IMG/VR virus record: IMGVR_UViG_2859720988_000003
Direction: 5' to 3' (one strand)
Source: a virus
Lineage: Duplodnaviria; Caudoviricetes
DNA: 64,000 nt
Both the position numbers and the translations under genes were made by a program. This document shows positions 16,236-26,594 of the stretch, one piece after another (the first letter of the stretch is position 1; each line of letters opens with the position of its first letter). Below the pieces are notes generated by a model, which saw only the letters and a list, made by a program, of their open reading frames with translations, was not told where the DNA came from and made no database searches.

Positions 16236-16846
16236 CAACACTCACGGTGGATTGGGCGACTCATCAGGCGGCCAGCTTTGCCTGCCTTAACTGGCATTAT
16301 GCTAAAGCGGTTCCGGTCGGAAAATTAGTAAAAGTGGGTGCGTGGGAAGATGGGAAATTTATTGGCGTCGTTATTTTTAGCCGCGGCGCTAATAACCATA
16401 TTGGGCAGCCTTACAGTTTGCAGCAGGATCAAGTTTGCGAACTGACCCGCGTAGCATTACGTCAGCATATATCCCCAGTTAGTCAGATATTGGCGAAAGC
16501 GATTAAATTTCTTGCTGATGTTTGCCCTGGTCTGCGGCTAATCGTCTCCTATGCAGATAAAGACCAAAATCATCATGGCGGGATTTATCAGGCCACCAAT
16601 TGGATATATGAAGGGTTATTTGGGGTCGGAACGGTGGGTGCATTCATCATCAAGGGTAAGAAAACCCACCCGCGCAGTGTTTCTGCCAAGGGGGTAAAGC
16701 AAAACCTTGAATCAATCCGCCAACATTTAGATCCCAACGCCCAAGAGTTCAAAACGTCAGGAAAGCATAAATACCTGATGCCACTTGACAAGAAAATGAA
16801 AAAAATCCTGATTTCACGTCATAAACCCTATCCCAAGAGGGCATGA
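16232..16846 (+). CDS. mom: Mom-family adenine modification enzyme (GNAT fold)
   Basis: WHY...GVVIF...ELTRVAL...LIVSYADKDQNHHGGIYQATNWIYEG. Confidence 0.78.
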   Translation: MTTLTVDWATHQAASFACLNWHYAKAVPVGKLVKVGAWEDGKFIGVVIFSRGANNHIGQPYSLQQDQVCELTRVALRQHISPVSQILAKAIKFLADVCPGLRLIVSYADKDQNHHGGIYQATNWIYEGLFGVGTVGAFIIKGKKTHPRSVSAKGVKQNLESIRQHLDPNAQEFKTSGKHKYLMPLDKKMKKILISRHKPYPKRA

Positions 16847-17109
16847 CGATGGATAAGCCGACGCTAGATAAGGTGGAGGCATTGGCAGGGCGTGGATTAA
16901 CCGAACAGCAGATAGCCGACACACTGGAAATCGACATTGATAATTTAAGAAGAGATAAATCAGCAATCTCACTTTACCGGCTGGCTGTTCGCCGGGGAAA
17001 AGCCAAAGGGATAGCGGATATATCCAATTCTCTGTTTATCAAAGCCAAGAAAGGCGACACGCGAGCCATGATTTTCTTGCTGGAGCATTTAAAACCCAAA
17101 TGTGAGTAA
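16843..17109 (+). CDS. Small HTH protein (TerS-like)
   Basis: VEALAGRGLTEQQIADTL...RGKAKG...AKKGDTRAMIFLL. Confidence 0.65.
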   Translation: MTMDKPTLDKVEALAGRGLTEQQIADTLEIDIDNLRRDKSAISLYRLAVRRGKAKGIADISNSLFIKAKKGDTRAMIFLLEHLKPKCE

Positions 17110-17112
17110 AAA

Positions 17113-18120
17113 ATGAAAAAGCCGGATTGGGAGGCGATAAAGCGCGAATACTGTGCCGGACAACTTTCAATTCGCGCATTAGCTGAAAAGTACGGTGTAA
17201 GTGATACCGCAGTACGGAAGAGGGCTAAAGCTGATACTTGGCCTAAGCCCGAAAAGGTTCGCAAAACAGGTTCGCATCATTCCGGTGCGAACCTGCGAAC
17301 CAAAGATAAAAAATCAATTTCGAAAATTGAAAATATCGAATTGCCTGAAATTGAAAATCAAATTGAAGAAAGCCGCTCTATCTCCAGTAGATACGGGCTT
17401 AACGATATGCAGGCAAAATTCGTCAGTGAGTATTTAATTGATTTGGATAAGACGGCGGCTTATAAACGGGCCGGATATAAATGCGAGGGATTAACCGGTG
17501 CTGCTGCTGCCCGTCGGTTGTATCGCCATGTATCGGTAAACAGAGCCATACGCGATGCAATGGAAGCCAGAGAGAAACGGACGCATATCACGCAGGATGC
17601 TGTTTTAAATTGGTGGTGGGATATTGCTACGGCCAACGCCAACGAAATATCGGAGTTTCGCCGTTTATGTTGCCGTCACTGCTGGGGGATTGAAAATAAA
17701 TACCAGTGGATTAACGAGCAGGAATATCAGGAAGAGTCAGAGAAAAGAACCAATAACGGTAAACCTGCGCCACTGGATGATGGCGGTTACGGTTTTGACA
17801 GTACGCTCGATCCTAATCCAGATTGCCCACGTTGTAATGGTGAGGGGCAAGGCAGGGCGCATTTTCATGATTCGCGGGATTTATCGATTTCGGCACGCCG
17901 CCTTTATGCTGGTGTTAAGCAAGGCAAGTTTGGCTTAGAAGTCATTACCCGTAATCAGGATGACGCACTAAAAATGGTCGGGCAGCATTTGGGTATGCTG
18001 AAAAATAAAACTGAAATCAGCGGGCCTGATGGTGGTGCCATTAACCAGGTGAATTACACGCCAGAAGATTATTCGAAAGCCCAGCAGATGTTGGAGGGTA
18101 AATTGCCGGGGTTGGACTAA
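17113..18120 (+). CDS. terS: Terminase small subunit
   Basis: PDWEAIKREY HTH; LNDMQAKFVSEYLIDLD.TAAYKRAGY; Cys-rich insert CRHCWG...CPRCNGEG. Confidence 0.85.
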   Translation: MKKPDWEAIKREYCAGQLSIRALAEKYGVSDTAVRKRAKADTWPKPEKVRKTGSHHSGANLRTKDKKSISKIENIELPEIENQIEESRSISSRYGLNDMQAKFVSEYLIDLDKTAAYKRAGYKCEGLTGAAAARRLYRHVSVNRAIRDAMEAREKRTHITQDAVLNWWWDIATANANEISEFRRLCCRHCWGIENKYQWINEQEYQEESEKRTNNGKPAPLDDGGYGFDSTLDPNPDCPRCNGEGQGRAHFHDSRDLSISARRLYAGVKQGKFGLEVITRNQDDALKMVGQHLGMLKNKTEISGPDGGAINQVNYTPEDYSKAQQMLEGKLPGLD

Positions 18121-18269
18121 GTGCTAAAAACTAGAAGGGATGCATAGTCAATGCAGTTAGAAGATCACGCCTATTGGCTCTAAGTAGTTGCGCCCAACAA
18201 ACTACTGAAGCGTTTGGCGAAGCATTGGGCCGCGATGCTGTTCTAAAAGATGCAGGCTGGGCACATAAA

Positions 18270-18494
18270 ATGTCGGAACATAGCCCTTTCCCAGATGAAC
18301 GGCGTATTAACGTGTCTAAATTATCAATTGCTTCCAAAGAACTTAAATTCCGAAAATTGGACGATGATAAAGCCTGCGCTTGGAATATGGAGAAGGGTGC
18401 AACAGATACTATGTATTTGAACACCGAACGGAAGCAAGAAAATCAGACACCAGCAGAACAAAATGTTAGAGAAGCTAGAGCAGCATCTTATTGA
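18270..18494 (+). CDS. Possible small hypothetical protein
   Basis: ORF convergent on the FRG gene; no recognisable motif. Confidence 0.3.
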   Translation: MSEHSPFPDERRINVSKLSIASKELKFRKLDDDKACAWNMEKGATDTMYLNTERKQENQTPAEQNVREARAASY

Positions 18495-18518
18495 TAAAGT
18501 AGTTAAATGCTATGTATT

Positions 18519-18542
18519 AAAAGTGTCAAAAGTGACACTTTT
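18519..18542. terminator. Bidirectional hairpin between convergent genes
   Basis: AAAAGTGTCA-AAAG-TGACACTTTT perfect inverted repeat. Confidence 0.6.
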
Positions 18543-18590
18543 AATTTTAAGCATGTTTCAAATTAAAATAATATATTTTGTGTGAGTGTG

Positions 18591-19472
18591 TTATTTTTTT
18601 GAAGTGACTTTGATTTTTTTCCAGTTCTCTTTAATATATCTTGATGCAAATTCAACCTCAGGAAACATTGTTCTAGAGTTAATATTGAGTGTGTCCAGTT
18701 GTTTGATAATCAGTGCCTTTGCGGAAGCGGGAATTGTGATTTTTTCTATTGTGAATCCGGCTGATTGATCAGGGGCGGTATACATTAAAAGTCCTGAAGT
18801 GATAAAAGCCCCTGATTGAGCAATTACTCGACGATTATTTTTTGCAGGATAAACGAAGAAATATTTAAAAAGATCTCTTGGTTCAGCACCATCTAGAAAA
18901 TATGGTTTTTCAACTCGGACAAATTGTGTCAATCTCATCATTGCAGGAATACTTCGAAAAGAGTCCTTTGTTGTAACATTCCATTTTTCTGTGTTTTTGT
19001 ACTTTTGTGTTATTTCTTCACGCTCTTTATCTGAAAGTCGAGCTAAGTTACAAATTAAGCTGATTGTATCACTATCAGCATACTTAACACGTATGCTGGA
19101 AAAATCAAATACTTGTACTACCGCGTCTTTGTCGTGAAATTCTTTTTCGTTACAAGCAAAATACAAACCTACAAGTGGGTTAAGTGAAACATCAAGTAAA
19201 CGAGTAGGAAGAGCATAGTGCTGCGCCCTTACCAGTTTGTCGAACATAGATTTATCAGTACCGAATTCATTTGGAGCTTCAAGCATTAACTCACTAAATA
19301 TTTTGTTTTCAGCATCAGGTTTCATATCACGCATTACGGATGGCTTTAGTTTCCACTTTGCATCAGATTGGCCTCGATAACATCGCACTTCGGATTCTTT
19401 TGTGAGGCTAAAGATTTTTTCTAGGTAAGATGTAACATTTTCTGCAATCAAGTTTTTGTGTGTTGTAGGCAT
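18591..19472 (-). CDS. FRG domain protein (moron between terS and terL)
   Basis: YRGQSDAKWKLKPS, AQHYALPTRLLDVSLNPLVGLYFAC, NRRVIAQSGAF. Confidence 0.9.
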   Translation of the reverse strand: MPTTHKNLIAENVTSYLEKIFSLTKESEVRCYRGQSDAKWKLKPSVMRDMKPDAENKIFSELMLEAPNEFGTDKSMFDKLVRAQHYALPTRLLDVSLNPLVGLYFACNEKEFHDKDAVVQVFDFSSIRVKYADSDTISLICNLARLSDKEREEITQKYKNTEKWNVTTKDSFRSIPAMMRLTQFVRVEKPYFLDGAEPRDLFKYFFVYPAKNNRRVIAQSGAFITSGLLMYTAPDQSAGFTIEKITIPASAKALIIKQLDTLNINSRTMFPEVEFASRYIKENWKKIKVTSKK

Positions 19473-19658
19473 GAACTAATGCTCCATTTTAATGAAGTAA
19501 ATAAAATCTAAGTTTTAGTAGACCTAAATTGAACATGGATATTAAAAAATAGATATCAATATACAGCGAAATACCTGTCACTGGTGAACTTTTGAATAAA
19601 ATCCGCAGTTAGGTCAGATAGAAGCACCTCATCAAATATTCAAAAGTAGGACTGTGCT

Positions 19659-21302
19659 ATGAGCGATATTCTCGAATGGGAAAATCTGGATTTCCCGTCG
19701 CGTGTCGCCCTGAAATCCCGATCGGAAAAATCATTTCTCAATTTTACCCGCATTTGGTTTGAGCTGCTGCAAAGTGACCGGTTACTGGTGAACTGGCATC
19801 ATAAAATGATGGCCGCAAAGCTGGATGATTTGGTCAATAACCGACTGCAACCGCGCAACCTGATTGTGAACGTGCCGCCAGGTGGCACTAAAACCGAGTT
19901 TATTTCAGTTCATCTGCCGGCCTATATCAATATGTTGGTGCAGACTGGTCAGTTACGGCGCTTTCGTAATCTCAATGTGTCGTTTGCTGACACATTGGTA
20001 AAACGCAATAGCCGCCGCACCCGCGATATTATTGCCAGTCTTGAGTATCAATCACTGTGGCCTTGTCGCTTTGGTATTAATCAGGCGGAAGAGTGGGAAA
20101 TCGTTAATAGTCGGGGCCGGATGGTGGGGCAGACGGTTTCACGCTCCAGCGGTGGGCAATTAACCGGTGGTCGTGCGGGTTTCCCCGGCCCTGATTTTTC
20201 CGGTTTTGTTGGGTTGGATGATTACAACAAACCCGAAGATATGTTTTCGGCCACCAAACGGGCCAGTGCGAACCGTATCTTAGTGAACACCATCCGCTCA
20301 CGGCGCGGTGATAAGAGCAAAGAGCATCCAACCCCGTTTGTTTCTATCCAGCAGCGACTTCATACCGATGACGCTACCGGATTTATGCTGTCCGGCAAGA
20401 TGGGAGTGGATTTTCACCACATCACCATTCCGGCGCTGGTCAGTGAAGAATACATTGATGCGTTGCCGGAGCCGTGGCGCTCGCAATGCTGGTTCTCGGT
20501 AAAAAATAGTGAAAGTGTGGTGGTCGGCGGGGTGCGTTATTGGTCTTACTGGCCGGTAAACGAATATGTCGGTGATTTGCTGCGGTTGTGGGAAAGCGAC
20601 GAATACACTTTCATGTCGCAATATATGCAGCGCCCACGGGCATTGACTGGCGGGTTAATTGATACCGACTGGTTTAAACGCTACACCCACTTACCCCCGC
20701 TGACTCACCGCGCCGTTTATGTCGATACCAACTCCGGCAAAATTGAAGATTACAACGATTACACCGTCTTTACCCTGGTGGGGATGGGGGTTGATGGCAA
20801 TCTCTACATTATTGACAGTGTGCGTGGCCGCTGGGATCCGGAGGACTTACTGACCACCGCGCAAGACTTATGGGAGAAATGGCGGCCGTATAATCCGAAA
20901 CGCCCCGCGCCATTACGCCATATGGGGATTGAGGATAAGCAAGCCGGGCAAGGTCTGATTACCACGCTGGTAAAACGTAAAAGTATTCCCATTCTGACCA
21001 TCCCGCGCGGCTCAGGCCAAAATAAGCTGATCCGTTGCCTGAATACCATTCCGCAGATGAAAACCGGTTGTGTCTATCTTCCGGCACTGATGACTGACGA
21101 CGGTCAAAAAATCCCGCAGGTGTATTACTGGGATGGCGCGGTGGCTGCCTCGACGGATTGGGTGCTGCCTGCACTGACGGAATGCGCTGATTTCTCAGCG
21201 GATGACAGCCATAAAAACGACGACATCCTCGATACAATCATGGATTCGATAGAGATCGAATTAATTGCTGGTGGCAGCATCAGTTATGACAAGTGGGTTT
21301 AA
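19659..21302 (+). CDS. terL: Terminase large subunit
   Basis: Walker A-like NVPPGGTKT, LDD Walker B, IQQRLH, nuclease VDT...DYTV...HKNDDILD. Confidence 0.92.
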   Translation: MSDILEWENLDFPSRVALKSRSEKSFLNFTRIWFELLQSDRLLVNWHHKMMAAKLDDLVNNRLQPRNLIVNVPPGGTKTEFISVHLPAYINMLVQTGQLRRFRNLNVSFADTLVKRNSRRTRDIIASLEYQSLWPCRFGINQAEEWEIVNSRGRMVGQTVSRSSGGQLTGGRAGFPGPDFSGFVGLDDYNKPEDMFSATKRASANRILVNTIRSRRGDKSKEHPTPFVSIQQRLHTDDATGFMLSGKMGVDFHHITIPALVSEEYIDALPEPWRSQCWFSVKNSESVVVGGVRYWSYWPVNEYVGDLLRLWESDEYTFMSQYMQRPRALTGGLIDTDWFKRYTHLPPLTHRAVYVDTNSGKIEDYNDYTVFTLVGMGVDGNLYIIDSVRGRWDPEDLLTTAQDLWEKWRPYNPKRPAPLRHMGIEDKQAGQGLITTLVKRKSIPILTIPRGSGQNKLIRCLNTIPQMKTGCVYLPALMTDDGQKIPQVYYWDGAVAASTDWVLPALTECADFSADDSHKNDDILDTIMDSIEIELIAGGSISYDKWV

Positions 21303-21304
21303 CG

Positions 21305-22690
21305 ATGAGTGAAAAACTGGATTTTGGCGGTAAACCCCGCATTCGCCTGACTGCTGATGGTTTGTCGAATGTGATGACTGGCATGGGTACCGACCGTGAC
21401 CGGCGTATGTATAGCCGCTTCATGTATGGCGCGATGCAAGATTTTGCTGAGCTAGAGGCCGCTTATACCGAAAACTGGATCGCCCGTTCGATTATTGATA
21501 TTCCGGTTGATGACGCCACCCGCGAATGGCGCTCATTTCCGTCAGATGATGCTACCGCACTACGCAATGCTGAAAACCAGTTCAATATTCAGGGGGTCAC
21601 CCAAGAGTCCTTTAAATGGGCCGGATTGTATGGCGGGGCGGGGGTATTGATGCTGACCGACCAAGACCTGTCTCATGAATTGGAATTAAAGAATATTAAA
21701 AAAGGCTCACTTAAGCGTTTGTTGGTGTTGGATCGCATGTTGATCAATGGGCAGCAATACAACGTTTCTAACCCGCTAGCCGAAAACTTTATGCAGCCGG
21801 ATTACTACCTGGTAAACGGCGGCCAGCAGAAAATCCATTTCAGCCATTTTGTGCGCGCACCGGGTGCGGCCTTGCCGATGCGCTTACGCATGATTAACGG
21901 TGGATGGGATGATAGCCGCTTGAGGCGCTGTCTTGAGGATGTGAAAGATGCCGTCGCCGCCAAAGGGGGGATTTCTTCGCTAATTCTGGAAGCCAATATC
22001 GACATCATCAGCAAAGAAAATTTAGCCACTGACTTAGCATCTGGCGATATGGATGAAGCCATAGCCAAACGCTACAACACTTTTGGCATGATGAAATCGC
22101 TATTTCGGCTGGCATTGCTGGATTCCAAAGAAACCCTTGATCGCAAACAAATCTCTTTCGGTGGCTTGGGTGAGGTGTTGGCGGTGCTGATGGAGTGGAC
22201 GGCGGGCGCATCTGGTATACCAATGACGCGCATATTCGGCGTACAGGCCAAAGGTATGGGGGATTCCGGTCAAGGAGACCAGAACAATTATTTCAGCACC
22301 ATCAAAGGGGATCAGGAAGCGAAATACCGGCCGTTTTTGAAAAAATTGGATGAGGTATTGGTACGCTCGACCCTTGGCACCATGCCAAATGGTTTGGATT
22401 TTACCTTTGCGCCACTGTCGCAACCGACCGATAGCGAGATATCTGCCCAACGACTGGCTGATGCACAGGCTGATGATATTCGCCTCCAGCAAAAAGTAGT
22501 GTTGCCGTCGCAAGTGGCCCGTAAGCTGATGGAGCAAGGGGTTTATGGTATTCAAGAAAATGACATCACCCGACTTGAAGATGATGAGTCAGCCGAGCGA
22601 CAAGGTGATTATCAATTCCGGCTTGGCAACACTGCAGGCGATGATAAAAACCCAGCCGACGCGCCGGAGGGCACAACTCAGGCCAGTTAA
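21305..22690 (+). CDS. Portal protein (DUF1073 family)
   Basis: Y..NWIARSIIDIPVDDATREW; ASGIPMTRIFG; follows terL. Confidence 0.85.
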   Translation: MSEKLDFGGKPRIRLTADGLSNVMTGMGTDRDRRMYSRFMYGAMQDFAELEAAYTENWIARSIIDIPVDDATREWRSFPSDDATALRNAENQFNIQGVTQESFKWAGLYGGAGVLMLTDQDLSHELELKNIKKGSLKRLLVLDRMLINGQQYNVSNPLAENFMQPDYYLVNGGQQKIHFSHFVRAPGAALPMRLRMINGGWDDSRLRRCLEDVKDAVAAKGGISSLILEANIDIISKENLATDLASGDMDEAIAKRYNTFGMMKSLFRLALLDSKETLDRKQISFGGLGEVLAVLMEWTAGASGIPMTRIFGVQAKGMGDSGQGDQNNYFSTIKGDQEAKYRPFLKKLDEVLVRSTLGTMPNGLDFTFAPLSQPTDSEISAQRLADAQADDIRLQQKVVLPSQVARKLMEQGVYGIQENDITRLEDDESAERQGDYQFRLGNTAGDDKNPADAPEGTTQAS

Positions 22691-23498
22691 ACCGACGGAC
22701 GAAACCGAACGTTATTATCGTGCTCAGTTACGTGAAATGGTTCGGTTGATGGCCCAGTCGGTAGATGAAGTATTAACACCGGTTCTGCGCCGTAATTACA
22801 CCGCTGACAGCTATCTGGTCGATATCATCAAACAGTCAATCAGGCAGGCCGCTGACAAATTCAATAGCTCGGTGATGGGCCGTCAGGCTGACCGATTAGC
22901 CCAACGAGTGGTGAGCCGCGCAGAGTCTGAAAGTTCTGCGGCATTTGTTGAGCAAATTAATCGCGCTATCGGTATTGATATGACCTCACTAATGGTTAAT
23001 GAGTCATTAGTGGATTATTTCGATGCCTCGGTCGAAAGTAATGTCGCTCTGATTAAGTCACTGTCGGCTGATTATTTCGATGATATTCAGCGGGAAGTGA
23101 TGGACAGCATCATGCGCGGTGACTCGCTCAGCACCATGGTCAAAAATCTCCAGCAAGTGACTGGTGCCAGCTATCAGCGTGCGCATCTTATTTCCCGTGA
23201 CCAAACTGCCAAAATCCGCAGTGATATTACTCACACTCGGCAGGTCGGCGCGGGAATTAACCGTTTCCGCTGGTCTACCTCGCAAGATGTACGTGTGTCC
23301 GGTAATCCCGCCGGTAAATACCCACGGGCCAAAATCAAATGCTTTGAAATTTCCCGCAGCAATGTGGGTTATGGCGCGGGTATTTATCTTTGGTCGCAGG
23401 GTGCGGCTTATCACGGTGAAAGCGGATTATTCCCCGGCAGAGCCCATATTGGCTGCCGCTGCCATGCTATTCCCCAAATCAAGGGGCTTGATTACTAA
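22641..23498 (+). CDS. Minor head protein (Mu gpF/SPP1 gp7-like)
   Basis: RAHLISRDQTAK, FRWSTSQDVRV, PG..IGCRC. Confidence 0.85.
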   Translation: MIKTQPTRRRAQLRPVKPTDETERYYRAQLREMVRLMAQSVDEVLTPVLRRNYTADSYLVDIIKQSIRQAADKFNSSVMGRQADRLAQRVVSRAESESSAAFVEQINRAIGIDMTSLMVNESLVDYFDASVESNVALIKSLSADYFDDIQREVMDSIMRGDSLSTMVKNLQQVTGASYQRAHLISRDQTAKIRSDITHTRQVGAGINRFRWSTSQDVRVSGNPAGKYPRAKIKCFEISRSNVGYGAGIYLWSQGAAYHGESGLFPGRAHIGCRCHAIPQIKGLDY

Positions 23499-23509
23499 CA
23501 GGATATATT

Positions 23510-24709
23510 ATGCGGTTCACCGTTCGTGACCGCGTGTCCTTTCCGATTAATTCCCAACGAGAAATGACCCCTGAGGGCTATTTAAAAGTCCCCGGGCGGG
23601 TTGCGCGCGTCGGTGTGCAGCAATATCTCGCCTCTGAATTGGGATTAAAAGACAGGCCACCCGGTCAAATCGTCAATGTGTACCGGCCACCGGCGGAGGT
23701 ATTTGATCCAGTTAGTCTGGCCAGTTATGACAATAAAGACGTCACCATTGATCACCCTGATGATTTGGTGAATGCCCAAACCTTTAAGCAAGTCACCGCA
23801 GGCCATGCTATTTCGCCAGGGCGACAGGATAGCGATGACCCTGATTATGTGGTGGTCGATCTGCTGATTAAAGATCAGTACGCCATTGATGCCATCAACC
23901 AAAATAAAGAGGAATTATCCGCCGGTTACACCTCTGAATACCGTTATGCCCCCGGTATCGCGCCCTGCGGTACTGCCTACGAATTTATTCAATGCACCAT
24001 CACCATCAACCATATCGCACTGTGTGATCAGGCCAGAGCCGGACACCTGGCGCGGTTATTTGACCGTAAACCCAAGGGAGTAACCCCCATGTATAAAGTT
24101 GTTCTGGATTCCGGCGTGCGCGTAGAGGTGGCTGACGAAGCGACCCAGCAGCTGATCCAATCATCGATGGATGCGCTAAAAAAACGTGTTAGCGACGCAG
24201 AGGAAGGGCAGGAAAAAGCCGAAGCCGCCAAGGATGAAGCTGAACAGAAAAAAGAGGAGGCCGAAGCCAAAGCCGATGCCAAAGATGAGGAAATCGAGGC
24301 ATTAAAAGAAAAATCGTCTGAGGATGCGATTTCGAAGCGGCTGGCCGATGTGGTGGCAGCGCGTGACTCTGCTATCAAAATTGCCGGTGCAGAATTTAGC
24401 TGTGATGCGGTAGACCCGCTGAAAATCAAACGAGCCGCGCTGGACAGTGCCGGGATCAAATGCCGCAAATACCCCTCATGGGATAAAGCGCCGGATGCTT
24501 ACCTGGCAGCTTATTTCGACGCCGAAGAAGAGCGGCGCGAAAACGAGGATGACGATGATCCTGATGATAAAAATGAGATTAATGACTCCATCATCAATTT
24601 GGGCCGCGATATGAAGAAAGTCAAAACCGGCGATGCACAGACGACTCGTGACAGTGTGCGCCAAAGCTGGCTGGACAAACGTTATGGCAAACAAGCGGAG
24701 AATAAATAA
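23510..24709 (+). CDS. DUF2213 head protease/scaffold
   Basis: TPEGYL.VPGRVARVGVQQY, ELSAGY, INHIAL...ARAG, coiled-coil C-terminus. Confidence 0.85.
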   Translation: MRFTVRDRVSFPINSQREMTPEGYLKVPGRVARVGVQQYLASELGLKDRPPGQIVNVYRPPAEVFDPVSLASYDNKDVTIDHPDDLVNAQTFKQVTAGHAISPGRQDSDDPDYVVVDLLIKDQYAIDAINQNKEELSAGYTSEYRYAPGIAPCGTAYEFIQCTITINHIALCDQARAGHLARLFDRKPKGVTPMYKVVLDSGVRVEVADEATQQLIQSSMDALKKRVSDAEEGQEKAEAAKDEAEQKKEEAEAKADAKDEEIEALKEKSSEDAISKRLADVVAARDSAIKIAGAEFSCDAVDPLKIKRAALDSAGIKCRKYPSWDKAPDAYLAAYFDAEEERRENEDDDDPDDKNEINDSIINLGRDMKKVKTGDAQTTRDSVRQSWLDKRYGKQAENK

Positions 24710-25233
24710 TGGCGATTGCTCAGAGTGAATTCACCAAATGGCGCGGTAAGGCTTACGAGGGCCAAATTTCAACCACGGATGTCTGTGAAGTGGTCTCACG
24801 TCGAGTGGAAACCAAAATGGTGTCCTTTGGTCGGGCAGTGATCCGTGGGGTGGGCGCGCGTTCTTGTGCACCTGTCACGCAGACCACTACCGCCGCACAG
24901 ATTATCGGTTTTACCGTGCGTTCGATGGCGGTATTCAGCAATAGCGTGCCCACTAATCCCCCAGATTATGAAGTGGGTTATGAGGTCGATCATGTGGCGT
25001 CGTTACTGCGTCGTGGGCCGATGTTTGCCTTGTGTGTCGATGGTGCCAGCGCAGGCGAAACCGTAACAGTCATTACAGCCGTAGGGGTGAATCAGGGCCG
25101 GTTAACCGCAGGCGGTACCGGAGTTGAATTAGATTTTGTCCGCTGGGTTGATGATGTAGTGGCCGGTGAAGTGGGTGAAATTCGCGTTGATGGCATTCTG
25201 GCATCTACACCTGCAGCTGCTGGCGGCGAGTAA
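24709..25233 (+). CDS. Capsid decoration/cement protein
   Basis: Lies between DUF2213 and the capsid gene; FGRAV motif. Confidence 0.7.
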   Translation: MAIAQSEFTKWRGKAYEGQISTTDVCEVVSRRVETKMVSFGRAVIRGVGARSCAPVTQTTTAAQIIGFTVRSMAVFSNSVPTNPPDYEVGYEVDHVASLLRRGPMFALCVDGASAGETVTVITAVGVNQGRLTAGGTGVELDFVRWVDDVVAGEVGEIRVDGILASTPAAAGGE

Positions 25234-25251
25234 AATTAAAGGAACATATTC

Positions 25252-26187
25252 ATGAAACGAAGTGTATTTGACGTCAGCCCAGTATCGGCGCTCTCTTTTC
25301 TGGTGCAACAAGCTGCGCATATTGAATCGGAAATTTACCGACTGGAATATCCGCAGTTTAAGTACAGCACATTGCTACCACTGGATAACAGTGCGCCAGA
25401 CTGGGTAAAAGTGGTGGCGTTCCGCTCGATTGATGCCCGTGGTGAGTTACAGATATTTGGCCCGAACTCGACTGACGTGCCGACGGTGGATATCGCCATG
25501 AATCAGGGCTTCCATGAGATCAAAACCGCCGCACTGGGTTACACCTATTCCATTGAGGAAATCGGTTTTGCCATGCTCAATAACGTCAATTTGGATGCGG
25601 AGCGCGGTCAGGCGGTACGAGATGTGGTTGAACAAGGTCTGAATAAGATTTACTTGCTCGGTCACAGTGATATTGGTGAGGGGCTATATACCAGTTCCAA
25701 TGTGGGTGTTGAGGCGGCTCCGGCGACCTTGGCCGATTTGGTGGCTGCTATCCCTACCAAGGGCACCCAACCGATCATTGATTTCTTTGGTGCCGCTTAT
25801 AACCAGGTGTACCTGAAGAATACCGTCACGGTTCACCGCCCTAATGGTTTCGTTCTGCCCTCGGAACAACATCAATTATTGATGCGCACCCTGTTATCAA
25901 CCCATAACGCTTCAAATGTCACCTTGCTGGAATTCCTGCGCACCAACTTCAAAGATATGGATTTTGATGATGATGTCTTGCTGGCCGGAGCCGGGGCAGC
26001 GAAGAAAGATCGTCTAGTGGTGTACAAAAAAGATATGCGAGTAGTGAAAGGCCACGATGTGATGCCGCTGCGCTTCCTCGCACCAGCTACACCAGACAAC
26101 GTTAATTTCAAAGTGCCAGCCGTTTTACGTACCGGTGGCACGGAATGGCGTATTCCTAAAGCCGCTCACTATGTCGATGGGGTTTAA
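25252..26187 (+). CDS. Major capsid protein (DUF2184 family)
   Basis: 311 aa; YTYSIEE, GLYTS.NV, RTGGTEWRIPKAAHYVDG. Confidence 0.85.
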   Translation: MKRSVFDVSPVSALSFLVQQAAHIESEIYRLEYPQFKYSTLLPLDNSAPDWVKVVAFRSIDARGELQIFGPNSTDVPTVDIAMNQGFHEIKTAALGYTYSIEEIGFAMLNNVNLDAERGQAVRDVVEQGLNKIYLLGHSDIGEGLYTSSNVGVEAAPATLADLVAAIPTKGTQPIIDFFGAAYNQVYLKNTVTVHRPNGFVLPSEQHQLLMRTLLSTHNASNVTLLEFLRTNFKDMDFDDDVLLAGAGAAKKDRLVVYKKDMRVVKGHDVMPLRFLAPATPDNVNFKVPAVLRTGGTEWRIPKAAHYVDGV

Positions 26188-26189
26188 TC

Positions 26190-26570
26190 ATGTTTGAACT
26201 CACTAACTTGCACACATCACCGCTGACGGTGACCGATGAGGAAAACGGCCAGCGCATCACTATTGCTGTTGGACATTCAGCGGCGGTGAATGGCAACTTT
26301 ACTCGCCACTTATTTACTCAGGCAGGCATGATGCGCGCCGAACAATTCGATGCTCCACTTAATGAGCATGCAGATGATAGTGGGCTGGATATCACTGCGG
26401 TACGTGATGAATATGAAGCCTTATTTGGTAAAAAAGCACCCTCGGCGGCTAAAGCGTTAACCTTGCAAAAGGCGATTGATAGCAAAAAAGCCGAGCTGGC
26501 GCAGAATGATGTCACGGAGCCAGAAACCCCAGCGGATGAAACCGATAACATTGATAACCCGTCCACGTGA
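26190..26570 (+). CDS. Phage structural hypothetical protein
   Basis: Follows the capsid gene; hairpin terminator at 26557-26579. Confidence 0.65.
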   Translation: MFELTNLHTSPLTVTDEENGQRITIAVGHSAAVNGNFTRHLFTQAGMMRAEQFDAPLNEHADDSGLDITAVRDEYEALFGKKAPSAAKALTLQKAIDSKKAELAQNDVTEPETPADETDNIDNPST

Positions 26571-26594
26571 CGGGTTTTTACTTTAGGGGGAGAT

